DNA of 64,000 bases from Podarcis muralis (taxonomy: Eukaryota), in assembly GCF_964188315.1 (NCBI RefSeq), contig NC_135657.1:70556001-70620000 (forward strand). Direction: 5' to 3'. This document shows, one piece after another, positions 58,300 to 64,000 of the stretch. Below the pieces are notes generated by a model. It did not search any database. It was not told where the DNA came from and was given only the letters and a program-made list of their open reading frames with translations. Positions within the stretch are counted from its first letter, which is position 1; each line of letters opens with the position of its first letter. The position numbers and the translations under genes are program-made.

Positions 58300-59520
58300 G
58301 ATTTTTAAAAAAGCTATTATGTGCTGTATTGTGCTCCTTCGTTTGCAATATCCACTGGTTAGTACACGTTCCTTGTAATCTATACACCCTCTTGCCCTCT
58401 CATCATGGAGACAAGAATTAGAGCTTGTAGAACATATTTTGAAGCTGTTCTGAAGCACCTTGTTAACATATGATGTGAGTAATGCTAATTCAAAGAAATA
58501 TGCTTTTCTGATACTGATTTTAAAAAGCCACCTCTAGCTTCTTTCTCAGATTTCCTGCTGCATTCATTGTCATTTCAAAATCCCCTGTTAATATTGTTTG
58601 AATTGCCAAGTGCAACCACAACAAATCATGAATTGGTATTGTTACATTCTCGGACATTTAGACAATGTTTACATAGGAGGAAAACTCTCAAATAATTGTA
58701 GTGATTTCTTAATAAATGGAATGTGCCAATCTAGGTTTTCTAAGCTTTTGTCTCATTTCTTAGCAATGCCATCCATTTAAAAGGAGAAGCCAGCCCATGG
58801 CTTCTAATGGAGACAGTCAACATTTGTAAGTTGCATAGACAGCATGCATGCTCATTGAATGTTAAAGGAATTATGTGTGACCGAAACAAAATATTGTTAG
58901 CTGTCTGTAGCAATGTCTCTGCAGCACAGATAAAATCAGGTTGTCTTAAAAACTGGAGTGCCATTTTTATTTCATTCCTTTTCATTCCTTCCCTTTATTT
59001 CAGTTGCAATCTTTAACTCTTTCAATCTTTAACAGGGCTCTTCAAGGGTGGGGGGAGAATTGGCATGAAACTAAATGTGTGTACATGCCCTTTGACTTAT
59101 TACCATAGATTCCAGCGTATAAGATGACCTTTTAACCCAGGAAAAGAGGTTAAAAAGTTGTGGGTCGTCTTATACGCCGGGTATGGAGCCCACCCACTGC
59201 TGCTTCAGAAGCTGCCGCAGCAGCGGACGGCAGGCTCCTCTCCACGCCGGGAGGAAGCTGCCCAGCAATGCTAAGCTGGCTTCGCTAGGCGGCTTCCTCC
59301 TGGTGCAGAGCTGCCCAGCGTATTAGGCGACTGGGCTTATAAGACGAACCCCCAAATTGGCAGCTGCAAATTTGGGGGGTCGTCTAATACGCCCAGTCGC
59401 CTAATAAACCGTAATCTACGGTACAAACCTGAGGATAATCCAAGATACATTTTCACTCAGCTCGTATAAGTCTCATCATCTTAAGTGTGCTGTAAGAATA
59501 AAATGTCTTGGTATGCCTGA
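58300..59520 (+). other. SLC22A16: SLC22A16 3' UTR; candidate AATAAA at 58711-58716 and 59497-59502
   Basis: The poly(A) hexamers are read directly; which one is used is unknown. Confidence 0.45.
59103..59421. mobile_element. Tc1/mariner (Tc2-like) MITE
   Basis: Ends CCATAGATT / AATCTACGG with TA on both sides, and repeated (CG)TATAAGA / GTCTTATACG subterminal motifs. Confidence 0.85.
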
Positions 59521-60651
59521 AGGCCAGAAAAATCTGCGAAGAAAACTACAGAAGGATGTTGTATACAGAATATTGGCTGCAAATAGCTCTTTGGGGGCAA
59601 ATAACAGTTCTGGGGCCAATTGTCAGTGTGAAAATGGCATAAGGGAAAGAGTTAACCATTGTCCCAATCCGGAAAGGCCCTCCCTCATTGCTGCTCTTTT
59701 ATTAATAAAGAGGAATGATAGCTCTTAAGCTTGCTAATTTCTTTTTTAAATGGTTAAAGTAACACGTAGTTTTAACCCTGGAGAGTTTCTTTACCACCTT
59801 CAGTTAAAACTAAGGACATGTGCTTGACTACTTTGCAGAGCAGAGGCTGGGGTCACCAGGCCACAGGTCTTTTGCTGGATGTGTTCTACATATGCATATG
59901 TTTATACATACTAGGCTTTTTAAAAAAAATATGTGTTGAGTCTTCAGAACAAAGCTTTTTGGATATTCTTCAATCATTTATCTTACGTTTACCCCTGCAG
60001 CTCTCTCACAATTAATTTCTGTTCCTGTTGGAAATGCAACTTTCCCAGCCATTTTAACAAAGAAAACAGTTTGAGGGGAATCAGCTGCTACAATCTCAGC
60101 CTTTGGTTTCCACAATGATTCCCCTGTGGCTTCAGAGGGAAGGGCCTTGCCAAGCCATGTTTGTCCTCCTCCTCTACCTCCCCACTTTTAACTTTCTCGT
60201 GTGTTCAGATCTCCTTGGCCTCTCCCTTCCTCTTCCTCTGGCTCCCCAGCTGTGCCCTGTTGCTCTTTCCTTTCTTTGTAGTTTCATTTTCTCAGCAAAG
60301 CATCCTGGCACATCTGTCCCAAGTTTCAACAAGGACACCTCCTGCCATCACCTTCTGATCACCCATCCTAGAGGTACAGGAGTCCACCTCACAGGCTTTC
60401 AGCTTGCTAGCAACTCCTTCACATTCTAAACCTCTAGCAGCTGCTTGCAAGCTTCTTGTTCATGGGTGTTTCACTGTGCAGGGAAGCAAGTGGACTAAGG
60501 TAAAGTTAGCAAAGAAGCAGAAACCCTTGTGCGAAACTACTAAAGCTCGACTGTGCAAAATGTATGCTACAACATATTTCTGAGGCAGCATTAAAGGAAA
60601 CACGTATTTCCTTGAACAACAGCAGCAAACTCTAATATTGAGACCACTAGG

Positions 60652-60835
60652 CAGTGGTTCCTAATTAGCTAAGTACTGCAGACCCTGTTTTTTGAAAGCC
60701 AAGCTATGACCCCCTCCCCTTACTTTTGAAATTGTTGATCTGTGGTAGTTTTTGTTAGATGAATGGTACTACTGAACCCCTTGGTAGGTTATGCAGACCC
60801 CCTGGGGTCCACAGACCATCAGTTGGGAACCACTG
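60652..60835. mobile_element. hAT-like MITE, older
   Basis: TIR CAGTGGTTCC / GGAACCACTG; no TSD preserved. Confidence 0.7.
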
Positions 60836-63499
60836 CCCAAGAGAATACTTTGACTTCTTCCCACCAACACCCCCTCCTCCCTCCCTGATTCTTGAACCCT
60901 CCTGACTCCAGTGATTGAGACTCTCCATTTCTCATATGCCCCATTTTGTCTGTGCCAGCCCTTTCAAAGGCTAGGGGATAAAGACTGTGGTTCTCGAAAG
61001 GTGTGTGGGTGGGTGTAGGTGTGTAGGCCAACTATATACAGTTTCTTATTTTAACAACAGAAATCTTGGGCACCCTCAGTTATCCTTGGGTGCAACAGGT
61101 ATTGTCCTGCCTTGATACTTGGTACTTGGGCTGGACCTTAATAACAACAATTTTATTATTTTTTATCCCACCCATCTGGCTGGGTTGCCCCTTCTAGATG
61201 TTGTACTACAACTCACATCATTTCTAACCATTGGCTCTGCTAGATGAGGCAGATAGGAGTTGGAGTCCAACAACATCAGGAGGGCCATGGGTGCCCCACC
61301 CTTGAAATAAACGTTTCACGACTGGCAGGGCAATTCATTTATGCCATGATGTGTTCTCAGCAGCAAAGGTGAAAGCCAAAGAACAGCAAGAAAAAGAAGA
61401 GGCAGTGTAGCAAAACAGACAACCACTCCTGCATTGCTCTGAGCAACCCTGTTGCCATCCACCAATCATAATGTTGATGGAGAATGACATCCCCACATTA
61501 GAAAAGCAATTAAGCCATTAATCAACGTGTGATGATAAAATGTCCTGATGATGTCACTAAATGCAATGCTCACACCTCTCCCTATGGACAATGCATTAGT
61601 GTTAAGTCAGAAAGAAGTGCTCTCATTGCTTCCCCCTGTAAAGACTACTGTGAGACAACCAGCAGGAAAGCACCAACAAACACTGGCAGTCATAGGCTGC
61701 AGGCCTCCCCTCACCAACCCCCAAAACCAGGACTGACAAATATCCCTTTTGGCAGGGAACTCCTCATATTTCCCAGTGACTTACCGTAGCAGGTAGAATG
61801 TTAAGAGCTGTTGCTGATTTTTCAGATGTATTGAGGCAGCAAGCAATAAAAGCCCCTGGAAGCACCCATTCATTGTCTGGATAAGGTTTCAGATTCAGTC
61901 TCCATAATTTTCCACTTACAGGTCTCTTCCTAGGAACTGCTGCCAGCTGGAGAATAGGAATGTCTGGAAACTGCTGGCAGCCCACGAAGAAAATGCTTGG
62001 CTAGGCATGGACTAGTTATCTGAGCAGGGACAGCTTATCCCATTTCACTACCTGAGGATAAACAGGAATTGCCAACCCCTGGTTCCTCCCACCATGCCCC
62101 ACTTCTGCTGCCACCAAGCTCCAGTTCTCTCCGAACTCAGCAGGAGCTGAGGCGCTCCTCCAGAAGTTGCCACTCACTTGGCTTTTCCACCCAGGGGCAG
62201 GGAAGACAAGTGGCAATGTTGTGCTCCAGAATGCCTCCTTCTCTGTAGTGGGAGCGGTGGGGTGGGAAGAGAACTGCCTCTTTCAGTTCCACCACCTGAG
62301 GTGGGTGCATCACCTCACATCATGGGTGGGCCAGCTCTGTATCTGACAGCCAGCATAAGGCAACTGCTCAGGTTATTATATATCTGTATGTATAGATATA
62401 TAACACCACCAGGATTTTTTAAATATAAAAACCCTTAAAATGCATAGCTTGCACTGACATATTTTGTTAATTTATTGTTAATTATAAAGAAAATTTTAAA
62501 ACACAATGTTATCACTTTCACAGTTAGTGGTACATAGATTTACACATTGGACAATCATTTATGTCTATTACTTCATAGAAAAAACCACACATTCATTTTC
62601 TATAATTAAAACAGTATCCTGGGTTCTGAAGCTGAGGGCATGATGTTTGTCACTTGATTTCACTGCCATATTTTCAGTTATTGGATGACATCACCACTCC
62701 ATAAATCCATATTCTTATGAAACCCAATCTTGTGAAAGAGAACATCTGTTCCAGGAAAAACCATAGATGATCTTTTCACACACTGTTACAAGATATCCTC
62801 ATGACTTGTTAGTAGAGACACACATTGGCTACTGCAAAATGGAGTTGTCTGGCTGCTGATTGAAATGGCACTTCCTCCTTTGCTATCTGGCCATCTTTTT
62901 GTTTTGACTGAAAACAAATTTACACATGTACTATGCATCTAATTGCTCCCAAAGTGCAAAGTGATGATTTGACCATTGATGGAAGAGAATGTCCGCATTA
63001 GATTCTCTTCCAACAAGAAAGAAAGTATAGGGAAGGGCTTCCTACATTTCTGGAAAAGAGCTCCTGTTGCATACATAACCAAGGACCCAGATATATGGAG
63101 TATTAATTTGCTCTTCCCAACTTCTGAGGAATCCTACATCTACACATGGCATAAACCTCTTTACCCACCTGGAACTGCCTTCATGTAAATAGTTGGCCCT
63201 AAAGATATAAAAATGAACATAAAATATATTCAATATAACCAGCAACTTGAAACATTCTGATCATAAAGCAAATATGAATTTTGGCTATGATCCAGCACAG
63301 TACTTAAATCTATGTTGCACTGTGACCATATGCGACACATCTAATCATATTGTATCATTTTGGCAAGAGATTGTACCAAATAATCATTTTCTGCACGTTG
63401 CATTTGCAACCAGTAGATTTTTTTGAACTGCATTCTAATATGTTTTGTGACTCACTGCCAGCTTGGGAGAGGCGGCAGTCCACAAACAATACAAATTAT

Positions 63500-63680
63500 T
63501 AGGATGCTCCAATCCAAAGCGGGGTTTCAGTCAAAGCCTCCTTCCATATGTTTGCTGGAAATGTGGAGTGGGGTGGCCACTTGGGTTGGCCCACTCATGT
63601 ATAAATAAACCTTTGGCAGAAGCTCTGATAGACGTATCTGAAGAGAGGAGCTTTAACAGATTTTCCTCTGAGAGGTAATG
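63500..63680 (+). promoter_or_regulatory. Probable promoter and non-coding exon 1 of the next gene (DDO expected by synteny)
   Basis: CCAAT 63509, TATAAATA 63600-63607, and a donor GAG|GTAATG at 63675 about 45 nt after the expected TSS. CpG is locally retained. Gene identity is inferred from synteny only; no DDO coding exon is in the window. Confidence 0.45.
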
Positions 63681-63917
63681 GAAACCTGTATGTAACAGCT
63701 ACACCATACATTTAAAACACATGGCTGCACACCCGGAACTGTAGCTTACTCCCACCTGGAGACTGACACACAAGAGCGTGAAACATTCCCTGGGTCCCTT
63801 GCAGACATAAGCCCTGGCGCAGTAATTCCAATTGCAACCATTATAATCCGGCCATGAATAAACCGCCTCTGGTTTAATATTTAACCTTGCGACTCTTATT
63901 TTGACTTCGTTGCCCAG

Positions 63918-64000
63918 CATAGCTGTCAACTTTTCCCTTTTCTTGCGAGGAATCCTATTCGGAATAAGGGAATTTCCCTTTAAAAAAAGGGGAAAGTTGA
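63918..64000. mobile_element. Short palindromic MITE cut by the window edge
   Basis: CATAGCTGTCAACTTTTCCC at the left; the right end ...GGGGAAAGTTGA is its inverted repeat, truncated at 64000. Confidence 0.75.

Noticed and set aside
63699-63929. 76-aa Cys-rich minus-strand ORF
   Set aside because: It starts inside a MITE, does not match DDO or METTL24 as I recall them, and is better explained as promoter-proximal intron.

Overview
This is vertebrate genomic DNA from a squamate reptile, most likely a lacertid lizard, judged from the Sauria-type SINE, young L2 and CR1 repertoire. It is not microbial. On the + strand it holds: (1) the last coding exon and long 3' UTR of CDK19 (1484 to ~7165); (2) a ~31 kb TE-rich intergenic spacer; (3) a CpG island and the complete 8-exon SLC22A16 gene (CDS 38352-58299; exons 50+477+118+547+128+110+100+213 = 1743 nt = 580 aa + stop, all GT-AG with consistent phases); and (4) a probable TATA promoter and non-coding first exon of the next gene, expected to be DDO from CDK19-SLC22A16-DDO synteny. 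The only long non-host ORF is the RT half of a 5'-truncated but uninterrupted L2 LINE (514 aa), inserted in a probable solo LTR. I see no CRISPR array, rRNA, genuine tRNA gene or novel multi-gene system. The best leads are small: a 168-bp palindrome with a pre-miRNA-like core, a tRNA-Lys/CR1 bipartite SINE in two copies, a strong-context uORF overlapping the SLC22A16 start, a rare CR1 ORF1 5' remnant, an RTE-like retroposon with a fixed 3' end, and several young MITEs. TE family names come from recalled motifs and structure, not database searches.
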